A stretch of 64,000 bases of DNA from Candidatus Poribacteria bacterium (GTDB lineage Bacteria; Poribacteria; WGA-4E; WGA-3G). A program made the translations under genes and the position numbers. The stretch covers positions 4,384,001 to 4,448,000 of the forward strand of contig OZ242029.1 in assembly GCA_965205015.1 (NCBI GenBank), given 5' to 3'. Position 1 is the first letter of the stretch. Every line of letters starts with the position of its first letter. The notes under the pieces are model-generated. The model saw only the letters and a program-made list of their open reading frames with translations. It searched no databases and was not told the DNA's origin. Below, piece after piece: positions 49,213-58,674 of the stretch.

Positions 49213-49893
49213 ATGCAACGTTTGGATATTCTTCATCCCTCAATTGACGACTACCTACTCGACATCATTCCTGAACGCGATGCGGTGCTAACCGAAATGG
49301 AGGCACACGCACGGGCAAACCGCTTTCCAATTGTGGGACCACTCGTCGGGCGCGTCTTGCACCAATTGGTATTGCTGACGAATCCAACACGGATTTTCGA
49401 GATGGGATCGGGCTTCGGATATTCGGTGTATTGGATGGCGAAGGCGTTGCAAAAACCGGAAGCCTCTATCATCTGTACCGACGGTTCACAGGAGAATGCT
49501 GATCGCGCAGCAGATTACCTCACTCGCGGTGGTATCGCAGATCGCATCGACTATCGCGTCGGCAACGCACTCGAAATCATCGAGGAAACCGAAGGCGAAT
49601 TTGACATCATCTACAATGACATCGACAAAGACGGATATCCTGAAGCCTTCCACAAGGCGATCCCACGGCTCAGAAGTGGTGGATTGTTTATCACGGATAA
49701 CATGATATGGGGTGGGCGCGTCGTCACACAGGCGTCCGGTAACCCTCCAGAAGGACTTGATGAACGGGAGCGATGGTTCCATGCAGCGACAATTGGTGTC
49801 AGAGAATTGACACGCCTGCTCTATAGTTCCCGCGATGTATTCACGACGATTATTCCGCTCCGAGATGGCGTCTCGGTTGCGGTGAAACGTTAA
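49213..49893 (+). CDS. O-methyltransferase family 3
   Basis: EMGSGFGYS, DIDKDGYP, ITDN, PLRDGV. Confidence 0.9.
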   Translation: MQRLDILHPSIDDYLLDIIPERDAVLTEMEAHARANRFPIVGPLVGRVLHQLVLLTNPTRIFEMGSGFGYSVYWMAKALQKPEASIICTDGSQENADRAADYLTRGGIADRIDYRVGNALEIIEETEGEFDIIYNDIDKDGYPEAFHKAIPRLRSGGLFITDNMIWGGRVVTQASGNPPEGLDERERWFHAATIGVRELTRLLYSSRDVFTTIIPLRDGVSVAVKR

Positions 49894-49952
49894 TCCCTGA
49901 AAGAAACCTATCTTTGCTTTTTACGGCGAAGAATATCAAGAGGAGAGTCACA

Positions 49953-50969
49953 ATGTTTTTTGAAAAAAAATCGTTTTCTGTTAAAGTCAATCTGCTCGCT
50001 ATTGTTTGCTGTCTTTTGTTCACACTGTCTACGCTGCCTGTGATGGCACATTCAGGCGGCGAGGTAACATGCAAAAAAACCGAGGGACCTATCACGATCG
50101 ATGGAATGATGGATGAGGCGGAATGGGACGCAGCATTTCAAGAATCTTCACCCTTACAAGACATCGTCGTAGACCCACGCGATCCGAAGCATAACCAAGA
50201 GTGGTATCAAATTATTCCCGGCGGTGGTGCTGGTAGCGATACCAACGATGGCGGTCTGCGTGTCAGTCGCGGCAAATTCGATGGCGACGATGATTTTCTG
50301 GCACGCTGGGCAACCCTATGGGATGACGACTACCTCTATTTCGCATTCGATATTACCGACGATACCCACCACGCATACGCCAATGATCTCGCTTCTCGGG
50401 ACGGCGACATTGACGGGATATGGTTGCTCTTCGACACCAAGCATGATGCCCCTGTCTTTGAGTTTCCGCACCATGAGTTCGAGACGAAACATGTCGCCAA
50501 TAACAGCAGCTATGAAGCCGACGACCACTATTGGATCTTCGCGCCTGTAACGACTGAAGATGTAAGCGGTGCATGGTCACAATCGTTGAGTGCGGGACGT
50601 GATCCAGAGTTAGGCGAACCCGGCAATGGACACGTCGCAGGTCAGAAGACAGGAAGCGGTTATGCTGCTGAGATGCGTCTACCTTGGTCGATCTTTGAGC
50701 CGTTTTTCGGTGCAGCACTCGCCCCAACAGACGGCTTAGTCATCGGATTCGACATCACAATTACAGACATCGACGGGGACGCGCCCGGCACGTATGCCGC
50801 ACCCCTTGGTGGCGCGGTCGCTTGGTCGAGTGATTTTGAAAACGATAACAGTCCGGGTGTACTCGGTGACCTCCTTATCTCCAACGAGGTTATCGGCAGT
50901 GCAACGTCTGTCGATCCTACGGGCAAATTGCCTGTGACATGGGGTAAGATTAAGGGCACCTATAAATAG
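49953..50969 (+). CDS. secreted CBM9/DOMON-like sugar-binding protein with C-terminal tag
   Basis: ITIDGMMDEAEW, LWDDDYLYFAFDITDD, YAAEMRLPW, IGFDITITD; ends SVDPTGKLPVTWGKIK. Confidence 0.8.
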   Translation: MFFEKKSFSVKVNLLAIVCCLLFTLSTLPVMAHSGGEVTCKKTEGPITIDGMMDEAEWDAAFQESSPLQDIVVDPRDPKHNQEWYQIIPGGGAGSDTNDGGLRVSRGKFDGDDDFLARWATLWDDDYLYFAFDITDDTHHAYANDLASRDGDIDGIWLLFDTKHDAPVFEFPHHEFETKHVANNSSYEADDHYWIFAPVTTEDVSGAWSQSLSAGRDPELGEPGNGHVAGQKTGSGYAAEMRLPWSIFEPFFGAALAPTDGLVIGFDITITDIDGDAPGTYAAPLGGAVAWSSDFENDNSPGVLGDLLISNEVIGSATSVDPTGKLPVTWGKIKGTYK

Positions 50970-51000
50970 TCCAAAATTAATTATTTTCATATACAGAAAC

Positions 51001-51023
51001 AGGGCGGGGACATTCCCCGCCCT
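51001..51023. terminator. hairpin between convergent genes, probable terminator
   Basis: AGGGCGGGGA-CAT-TCCCCGCCCT perfect 10-bp stem. Confidence 0.7.
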
Positions 51024-51102
51024 TAACAAATCAATGGAATTCAGTAACTCCAGCCTGAAGGCTGGAGATTGAAGCAATACGCGCATTTAGCGTTGACCCG
51101 TA

Positions 51103-52023
51103 TTAATCCGCTCGTTTCAAATGTTTTTTAAGGAACACTTTCGTCAATTCCGGGACCTTGGGATCTTTAAACCAGCCATGCCCGCCGCCTTCCACTTTGT
51201 AAAACGTAACCGGTACCCCCGCTGCTTCCAAGGCATCCTTCAATAACACGCTCTGTTGATACGGGACAAGTTTGTCTCGATCCCCATGGATAATTAGAAA
51301 AGGCGAATCGTCTTTGGACACATAAGTGATTGGGTTCGCTCTTGCGACGCGGTCCTGATGTTCCTGGATAGGTCCTCCTACCAATTGAGACTCTGGAGAG
51401 TCAGGCGCGTCATGCACCAGGCCCTCTGGAAGGCTTTGCGCGTCCATCTGAAGGAAGTCTGTGGGACCGAAGTAGTCAACAACGGCTTGCACCCGACTGG
51501 ACACCTTCAGGTTTTCACCGACCTCAAATTCCGCTACATCGCCTGTCGTGCCGAGCATGGCGACGAGATGTCCACCAGCGGATGAACCCCACGCTGCGAA
51601 ACGGTTCGGATCAAGGCGGTAGGTTTTCGCATTCGCGCGCAGCCACCGGACAGCGGCTTTCACATCTTCGATTTGCGCGGGAAAGATGGCGTGCTGGCTC
51701 AAGCGATAGTTGAGACTCGCTCCGGCATAACCGGCTTTGAGATATTCCATCCGGATGGTATGTGTCTTGTCTCCACCGCGCCAAGCGCCTCCATGCACCC
51801 AGATAATAAGCGGTAAGTCTTCCCCCATTTCTGGGATATACAGGTCGAGTTTCTGACGTTCGTGTCCCTCCGGAACATAAGCCACGTCGCGATACACCGT
51901 TACACCTTCGGGGACTTTCGGCGCCTCGGCGGAACCTCGACGTTGGGTCAGCACCAAAGTCGCGGCTACAAGAAATAGTATCAAGACAAGTGTGGCTACG
52001 ATCTGCATCATCAGCTTTCGCAT
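51103..52023 (-). CDS. alpha/beta hydrolase (HSL-like esterase)
   Basis: VHGGAW, GSSAGG nucleophile elbow, HGDRD, GGGHG. Confidence 0.9.
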   Translation of the reverse strand: MRKLMMQIVATLVLILFLVAATLVLTQRRGSAEAPKVPEGVTVYRDVAYVPEGHERQKLDLYIPEMGEDLPLIIWVHGGAWRGGDKTHTIRMEYLKAGYAGASLNYRLSQHAIFPAQIEDVKAAVRWLRANAKTYRLDPNRFAAWGSSAGGHLVAMLGTTGDVAEFEVGENLKVSSRVQAVVDYFGPTDFLQMDAQSLPEGLVHDAPDSPESQLVGGPIQEHQDRVARANPITYVSKDDSPFLIIHGDRDKLVPYQQSVLLKDALEAAGVPVTFYKVEGGGHGWFKDPKVPELTKVFLKKHLKRAD

Positions 52024-52055
52024 TGACTTTCTCCTCCGTTATCGAGGGTTTCATT

Positions 52056-54017
52056 TTAACTAAGCAAGATTCGATAACCCGTGCTGACGCCCGTTGCCAT
52101 TCCAATAAGTGCCCAGATGCCAGCGCAGATCATCTCGCCAAGTACAAGCCCAAGGAATATCGGCCTCGCACCTCGATACATTCTCAATCCCCCGTACCTG
52201 ACGAGACTATACTTCATCATCCAGCCGAGAAAGATTGAGGGCCACAGCTTTAAGGAGGCCCAAGAACTCAGCATTGTATACCCGATTGGATGCAGGGGCC
52301 ACCACACGAAAATCCTTCTCAGCCACATCAACAGCCCCATGAAAAGGCTGCCGCCGACCATAAAACCTGTGTTCGTCCAGTCCGTCCCGGTCTCGGCGCT
52401 AACGAGTACAGACGTCAGCCATCGCATGTCGCCCGCCCCTCCTGTGTACGGCGCACGATGGGCATAGCTGACCTGGAGGACGGAATAATATGAGACAAGG
52501 GTTCCGATAACCATCGCTGCGCCCATCGCTACTAACAACCCCCTCCGTCTGACCTTGACTTCATCGGCCGCCTTGAGACCGTTTGCCACATACGGCATCA
52601 TAATCTCCCGCAAGTCGCGCGTTAGAGAGACCGGATGCATAAACAGCGAGGTCATGGTTGAAGGATTGATTCTCGCCGAACCCAGCGTCGTAAAGAGAAC
52701 GTAATGCGCTGAATACGAAGGATTGACGAAAGGAATTCCGCCGTGAATGACTTGCCATGTCAAGACAATATAAATGCCGAGAAGCACCAGCACAAAAAGC
52801 AGTGCGAATCCCAACGACATTCCCATCAGATGATTGGCAAACGCCAGCAGCAATATCCCGCCGACGAGACCGATAATTGTCAAACCAGCGGGCATCGCCT
52901 CGTTTGCGTCATCGCTTTTGCGAAAGGCACTGACAAGCATGTTTCTGATGTGATGCCGTGCTTTGAAAAGGGTGTAGATGACAAAGGTGAGGCACGCACC
53001 GATTTCCTGAGAAGCGCTGAACGAATACGCGTTCCACTGCACGCCTGGACCTTTGGTGATTTGGAAACCGAGTATCGAGCCGATCAGACATTGGAGTTTG
53101 AAGAAGAGAAAGAAAAACCACAGGCTAAACGATACCTCAAGCGGCAGTAAATAGCTGAACCCCACGATCGAACAATACAAGTTGAGTTGCAAAGGTCTCA
53201 GCGCACTCCAAGGCTGTTCAACTAAGTAGGGATGGGGATTGAATCGGACGGGAAATTCCGGTACGTTAGGGAAGAACGCATGAAGGCCGTTCAACATGTG
53301 AATGCCTACGGGAATGGCAAATCCGACCCATAATACCCTGCTCCTGAAGAGTGAATTTCTCGCGCCCGGTGGATTATTTGCCATCTCTACAGGCAACACA
53401 ACCAGCGGAAAGCTACACCGCTCAATCTCGACCCATTGTCGGCGCAGCAGCACCGAGAGGCATATCACAACGAAGTAGAGGACAAACACATAAAGTGTCC
53501 AAGCGAATAGCGGTATCAGCCATGCCCCCCAGGGGATGGATTCACCCGAAGAGATGCCTTCATAAAAGAATTTGATAGCATTCTCATCCCGAACAACGCG
53601 CCAGTCGGGAATATAGTGATGGAAAAGGGCTTCCCAATCATTTTCGGGTGTCGCAAAATACTGGTAGGCGACAAGCGGGCGAAACGCATATCTCATCATG
53701 CCTGTCGAAGGAATGCCGGAGGCGGCTGCCATGATGCACCAGATCGTCACCAATTCACCCGCCGAGAGTGCGAGTTTGGGAGAAACTGCGCTCAAGATGC
53801 GGTTGCCGATCAGCACGAGGAGGGCCAGGACAAAAAATGGACCGACAGGAAAATGACCGCCAGCGAGAAAGACATTGCGAATCACGTAATCATTGTAAGG
53901 CGCAATCAGACATTCCCCGGCGGCACAGACGAGCCCAATGAGAACTGCCCGCGATGAGATGCTAACAGATTTGCTCGCGGGATTTAAGGAGGTATCGAAC
54001 CGTTTTGACGTGTCCAT
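52056..54017 (-). CDS. polytopic membrane protein (DUF6785-like, putative transporter)
   Basis: About 16 hydrophobic segments; RRQWVEIERCSFPL, WWPLHPIGY, PIFLGLVLGE. Confidence 0.65.
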   Translation of the reverse strand: MDTSKRFDTSLNPASKSVSISSRAVLIGLVCAAGECLIAPYNDYVIRNVFLAGGHFPVGPFFVLALLVLIGNRILSAVSPKLALSAGELVTIWCIMAAASGIPSTGMMRYAFRPLVAYQYFATPENDWEALFHHYIPDWRVVRDENAIKFFYEGISSGESIPWGAWLIPLFAWTLYVFVLYFVVICLSVLLRRQWVEIERCSFPLVVLPVEMANNPPGARNSLFRSRVLWVGFAIPVGIHMLNGLHAFFPNVPEFPVRFNPHPYLVEQPWSALRPLQLNLYCSIVGFSYLLPLEVSFSLWFFFLFFKLQCLIGSILGFQITKGPGVQWNAYSFSASQEIGACLTFVIYTLFKARHHIRNMLVSAFRKSDDANEAMPAGLTIIGLVGGILLLAFANHLMGMSLGFALLFVLVLLGIYIVLTWQVIHGGIPFVNPSYSAHYVLFTTLGSARINPSTMTSLFMHPVSLTRDLREIMMPYVANGLKAADEVKVRRRGLLVAMGAAMVIGTLVSYYSVLQVSYAHRAPYTGGAGDMRWLTSVLVSAETGTDWTNTGFMVGGSLFMGLLMWLRRIFVWWPLHPIGYTMLSSWASLKLWPSIFLGWMMKYSLVRYGGLRMYRGARPIFLGLVLGEMICAGIWALIGMATGVSTGYRILLS

Positions 54018-54153
54018 TTGTCAGGGTACAGCAAAACTACCCATGCTCTTTCCTGATTTCCCAACCGTCGGTCGTCTGGGTAGGGGGTGGCGCTTTGTTA
54101 CCAAAGTCAGTCTCGACGCTTTGGCTGAAGCCAGATTTTGTCCATATATCCAA

Positions 54154-55278
54154 TCAGTCGAGCGGATTGTCCGCCTCAAGCACGCGGCGTGCCGCAGCGG
54201 AGAGCCTGCCTTCCGCCGCGGCCCGTTCCACCCAATGGGTAGGTATGCCATTTGTCCACTTGGCTGGGCTTGCGTCGGGGTCGGGTGTCCGATACGCGAT
54301 CAGCAAACCCCATCGGGTTGGGGTTCCGGGCTTGCGATGGCCGACATGATGCGGCATGTGATGCGGAAACGAGACCATGCTCCCGGGCGGTAGCGAGAAG
54401 CGTACCATTTCCAACGGCTTGCCGGTGAAGGCGTGGATCTTTCCCTTCAGCCAGCCCGCTTTCATGGCGGCGTCATCATCGGGTCGCTCGGTGCTCCATT
54501 TGTACGGAATGCGGTAGAGATGGGCGCCCGGGATGACCCCAAGCTCCCCACCCTCCTCGAGGGTTGCACCTTCTGGATAGCAGAGCGTCCGAATACACTG
54601 CCGTTGCAGAAACTCGGTGGTCAGGGCGTGTCCGGTACCGATCGGATCTTCGACCTCGTACTGCCCCTGCCGATACTGGTGCGCATGCCACCGCCGTCCT
54701 ATTGAGCCCGGCGTCCGGTTGAGCATGTTGCAGTGGTCGAGGATGAAGCGGTCACCGAAAAGTTTGGTGAAAAGCTCCATCATCTGAGGGTGGGCGGTAG
54801 CGACATCCCTGATGAAGTCGTCGTATCCAATCGAGAAAAATTCCGGCATGACGCCCTGCGACGCGTACCCGCGTGTCACCAACGCAGGACCTGGGCCGAA
54901 CAGCCCGTGGTCGCGCATGTATCCAAGCAGTCCTCGGGGTATGAAGCGCATCTGCTCTGAGCCCCCGCAACACGTCGCCAAAAACTCCGGGGTGATGTGC
55001 TCCGGCAGCGGTGGCTGTAGCCCCCGGCCCGCGAAGTCGATGGCAGCCCAGTCGGTGTCCATGACAATCTCATCGTTCATCTGCTGTAACTTCTGCAAGC
55101 TCTCCGTCCACCGCTTGCGGCCAGCATCGGTCAGTATACCCTCCCACACCCAATAGCCTTCGCGCTCAAAGAATGTGCGGTCAAATGCCTGAAGCACTTC
55201 CGGCCGCAGCAGGTCATGCACGCGGCTTGCTGGGACGACGGTGTCGGTTTGACGCCGATGTATAGATGCTGTGTCCAT
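54154..55278 (-). CDS. PhyH-like Fe(II)/2-oxoglutarate dioxygenase-fold protein
   Basis: FFEREGYWVWEGIL, WHAH, YPEGATLEEGGELGVIPGAH, PPGSMVSFPHHMPH...R; visibly higher GC. Confidence 0.7.
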   Translation of the reverse strand: MDTASIHRRQTDTVVPASRVHDLLRPEVLQAFDRTFFEREGYWVWEGILTDAGRKRWTESLQKLQQMNDEIVMDTDWAAIDFAGRGLQPPLPEHITPEFLATCCGGSEQMRFIPRGLLGYMRDHGLFGPGPALVTRGYASQGVMPEFFSIGYDDFIRDVATAHPQMMELFTKLFGDRFILDHCNMLNRTPGSIGRRWHAHQYRQGQYEVEDPIGTGHALTTEFLQRQCIRTLCYPEGATLEEGGELGVIPGAHLYRIPYKWSTERPDDDAAMKAGWLKGKIHAFTGKPLEMVRFSLPPGSMVSFPHHMPHHVGHRKPGTPTRWGLLIAYRTPDPDASPAKWTNGIPTHWVERAAAEGRLSAAARRVLEADNPLD

Positions 55279-55307
55279 TCGATGCTCCTTTGATAGAAGT
55301 TCGACAG

Positions 55308-56915
55308 TTAGTGATTGGCCAATACAGAAGAGCCAACGGTATCAATGGCAGTGCTAAATCCTGGACCTCCAGCCGCCACGTAGCCATCGCTGGCGCCTGT
55401 TAAATCGGGACTGACCCAGAAGGAATATAACTGTCCGTTTGTTAAATAAAACCTAAATTTCACCGGCTTACCCGTTAGAGAAGATACATCGTCTCCTGTT
55501 TTCCACCTGACGAATTGACAGGTCGTATCCTTGCTGATGGGAACGCAGTTTCTATGGGAATATGGTTCAATCACATTGCCTTGATCGCCTAAAATTTCAA
55601 CTTGGAGCATACCCTTTTTTGTATTCGTATTCACAAAAAGATGCTTGCCCTTATTAAATATCATGGGCTTCGTTGTTAAAGATTCAGTCGATAAACCGGC
55701 ATTCATGGACGCAAAACCGTCTCGGCGAAGGATTGCGAGTCCCGTCGTACCGCCTGCATACATATGTCTACCGAGTGTCGGTGATTCTCCCGACCAGGCG
55801 CCAAAATAAAAGTAAATCTTATCCTTCACGACCAAACATCCACCCCCTGCCGCATGGATATAACCCCTATTCCAGGTGCCTTCCTGTCGCGATCCGGCTA
55901 TAAAAGGACTGCGAACAGGTCTATGCCAGTGGAAACCATCGCGGCTATACCCTAACACCAGTTCATTCGTCTTAGGGAATCCCCCTATGGCACAGAGTTC
56001 ATTGGGTGGACCTTTAAAAATTGCAAACAAGCCCAGAAGCACGCTCTCATAGGCAACTGCGTTAACGTCATAGAGCTGAGGTGCGTATCCGAGGTCAGGG
56101 TCCGCTGGGTCGAGTTCATCAGCTCTCGTCCAGAATACCACATCTTCCTTCTTCCATGAACCGCCTTTGATAAAATCCTCGTGTTCGCGATAACTTCGGG
56201 TGCGTCCCAGCGTACGATTCGAGGTCCGAATACTGTAAACCCACTTTTTCCTGAAGGCATTATAGAAGAACGTCGTATTATCCCCACAAGGACCCGTTTT
56301 GACGGGCTGCCCCCAGTGGATACCATCAAATGAGGTATAAACTTCCCCGCCTGACCAGTCAGGAGAACGGAAGTATGCAAACATTTTAAACCTTTGATCC
56401 GGGTCGTCTGTTTCGGGGTCTAACCAGACTGCGACTCCATCTCGCCGATATCCTTTCCTTACCGGAAGGACCCTGTTCGTCGCTGGCGCTACATCTAACA
56501 TGGGTCTATGCCAATGTAAGCCATCTTCACTGGTTGCATACCCCAGACCATCGAACCATCCCGCATGATACCACATTTTAAATAACTGTTCTTCGGCATC
56601 ATAAAAAACGCCGTCATTGAACGGAGAGGCAACCGGATATTTCCCATTATTGATCTCCAGTTGCGTTTCAGGCTTTAAAATCGGATTACCTTCATATAAG
56701 CGTGGGGTGTGAAAATCCCTTTTTAGATCGGTATTTTCAATGAGAAAGTCATCTACAAACAGTTGTCTTCCCTTATCTATATAAATAACTGTCGGGGGAT
56801 TTTCTAAGTATGGTACTGAGATAGGTGAAAGGGTTGTGTCACACAAATTTCGTGGGGGCCACTCTTCCGGCAGACGAATTCCATTATATAGAATTTCTTT
56901 CTCATTATTTTCCAT
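55308..56915 (-). CDS. GH32/GH43-clan-like five-bladed propeller plus beta-sandwich protein
   Basis: RQLFVDDFLIE, YATSEDGLHW, YSRDGFHW, LRRDGFAS. Confidence 0.65.
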   Translation of the reverse strand: MENNEKEILYNGIRLPEEWPPRNLCDTTLSPISVPYLENPPTVIYIDKGRQLFVDDFLIENTDLKRDFHTPRLYEGNPILKPETQLEINNGKYPVASPFNDGVFYDAEEQLFKMWYHAGWFDGLGYATSEDGLHWHRPMLDVAPATNRVLPVRKGYRRDGVAVWLDPETDDPDQRFKMFAYFRSPDWSGGEVYTSFDGIHWGQPVKTGPCGDNTTFFYNAFRKKWVYSIRTSNRTLGRTRSYREHEDFIKGGSWKKEDVVFWTRADELDPADPDLGYAPQLYDVNAVAYESVLLGLFAIFKGPPNELCAIGGFPKTNELVLGYSRDGFHWHRPVRSPFIAGSRQEGTWNRGYIHAAGGGCLVVKDKIYFYFGAWSGESPTLGRHMYAGGTTGLAILRRDGFASMNAGLSTESLTTKPMIFNKGKHLFVNTNTKKGMLQVEILGDQGNVIEPYSHRNCVPISKDTTCQFVRWKTGDDVSSLTGKPVKFRFYLTNGQLYSFWVSPDLTGASDGYVAAGGPGFSTAIDTVGSSVLANH

Positions 56916-56956
56916 TATTTGAAAGCCTCCTTGCCTCTTCGTTCCCTCGGACTTTT

Positions 56957-58408
56957 TTATTGCTCATACATTGGATTTGGGGGTATGCCCTGATCTCTGA
57001 ATCGCCGGTAATCTCCGCTCCGAATGGGAATAAAATTACCGCGGATGCCGTAGATCCTGCCGTTGAAGAGTTTTACCTCGAGCCGCACCACCTTCTCCAT
57101 AAATTCTGAGACGGATGGGTGATTCTTCCACTTTGGTTTCCAAAAGAGATCATCACCCGTAAACGGTATGCAATCTTCAAAGGTATAACCTGGGTGAGGT
57201 TTCCCATCTGGATCTGTTATCTGAACCCGGACTTCCCCCTGAGGGACCTGGACGTTGAGGGTGAGTTCTTCACCGTGGACGAAGAACAGCCGCGTCGTAA
57301 AAGATCCTGGACCGCCCTGCGGTTCAAAATAGGAAAATCCATCGAGCCTTAACTCGTGGGTTAATATTGCCCCCTCCCCTAAATCCGGACGTGCGTGGAT
57401 CTGGGCGTGTTCTCCCTTTGAGGCACTGGAATAGATCCTGATCTTTTTGTCTTCCGTAATGACCATACTCGATGGGTAGATACAACCATACCCGAATTCA
57501 CCCGGCTCGGCGTTCGGTAAAAACGGCTCTCTGAGGGCTCGCTGGAAGTGCAACCCATTATAACTGTAAGATAGTTGACACCGCACCTTCCCATGTATGT
57601 ACTTATTCGGGCTGTCAACAATCGGGGACACTTGATATATCCACAGGAATCCGACAAATATGCGCTCATAGGGGAAAACGGGCATACCATAGACCTCAGC
57701 GGCTGGCGTATCCTGGGCATCAGTCCGGATAGCCACTTCGGGTTGGGAGAAGGTACGCCAATCCTTGGTTTCATAAACCGAGATCCGGCGATCTCCGCCT
57801 TTCGGCCTTGCTGCAATAACGTAGCTCCCCCGGATAGGGTTCCAAAAACCCGATACCGCCGGGTCTATTCCAAAGGGGTGCCACTTGGCATCTTCGATGC
57901 GTTTCCAAGATAAACCATCGGGTGAAACATACAAAGGAGAGTGGCTTTGGGAGCCTTTTTTTACGTTACTGGCACTGACAAAAGCCTTAATCCGCTCAGC
58001 GGCGTTATCTGTATGGGCATCAAAGAAACACGGACCCCATTCGCCGAACCCTTCAAGCGGAAGAATCTGGTGAGAACACGCACGATCTGGGATTTGTATT
58101 TTATCCGATAGGTCTACAATCTCCCATCTGACGCCATCATCGCTTTCGATGGCTACCGCGACGTGCTGCATCCGACGGCCTGGCCTTGCGTATTGCGTAT
58201 CGAGTTGCCCCTGATACAGACACCGCCAGCGACCGGTATAGGCGTCTACAAAGACAGTTGGATAGCCCCAGGAAGGATCGAGATGCGGGTCGATAAATAT
58301 CCCCTCAGTTACTAATTGAGGACGTCCGACATGACGGACGAGGTTTTCTCGGCGATGCAGGTACCAATCGTCAAAAAAGAGTAGGGTCGAACTCCCGTTA
58401 GTGTCCAT
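56957..58408 (-). CDS. paralogous propeller plus beta-sandwich glycoside hydrolase-like protein
   Basis: LLFFDDWYL, ESDDGVRW, SPDGLSW, LRLDGFSY; AAGGAG RBS. Confidence 0.6.
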   Translation of the reverse strand: MDTNGSSTLLFFDDWYLHRRENLVRHVGRPQLVTEGIFIDPHLDPSWGYPTVFVDAYTGRWRCLYQGQLDTQYARPGRRMQHVAVAIESDDGVRWEIVDLSDKIQIPDRACSHQILPLEGFGEWGPCFFDAHTDNAAERIKAFVSASNVKKGSQSHSPLYVSPDGLSWKRIEDAKWHPFGIDPAVSGFWNPIRGSYVIAARPKGGDRRISVYETKDWRTFSQPEVAIRTDAQDTPAAEVYGMPVFPYERIFVGFLWIYQVSPIVDSPNKYIHGKVRCQLSYSYNGLHFQRALREPFLPNAEPGEFGYGCIYPSSMVITEDKKIRIYSSASKGEHAQIHARPDLGEGAILTHELRLDGFSYFEPQGGPGSFTTRLFFVHGEELTLNVQVPQGEVRVQITDPDGKPHPGYTFEDCIPFTGDDLFWKPKWKNHPSVSEFMEKVVRLEVKLFNGRIYGIRGNFIPIRSGDYRRFRDQGIPPNPMYEQ

Positions 58409-58674
58409 GAGATTTTCTCCTTAATGCGTCAGAAATCTTTAGGGCAGTGTTCTCTCCATGCCTTTCGTGGGCTATCAGAAGAATGGATCCGGGAAAGGGA
58501 TGTCAACCCCAAAAGGAAATGCAGCGCGGGATTACAAGCTCAGAGGCGAAGCGGGAGAATGTGAAGTTAACCGGGAAAGTAAGAAAGCGGTGAAACCTCC
58601 GCCTTCTCACTTCCAAAACTCGGCTTATGCGCTTCGCGGAGCATCCAATCTGCCGTTCGCGCCATAAGTTTCGT

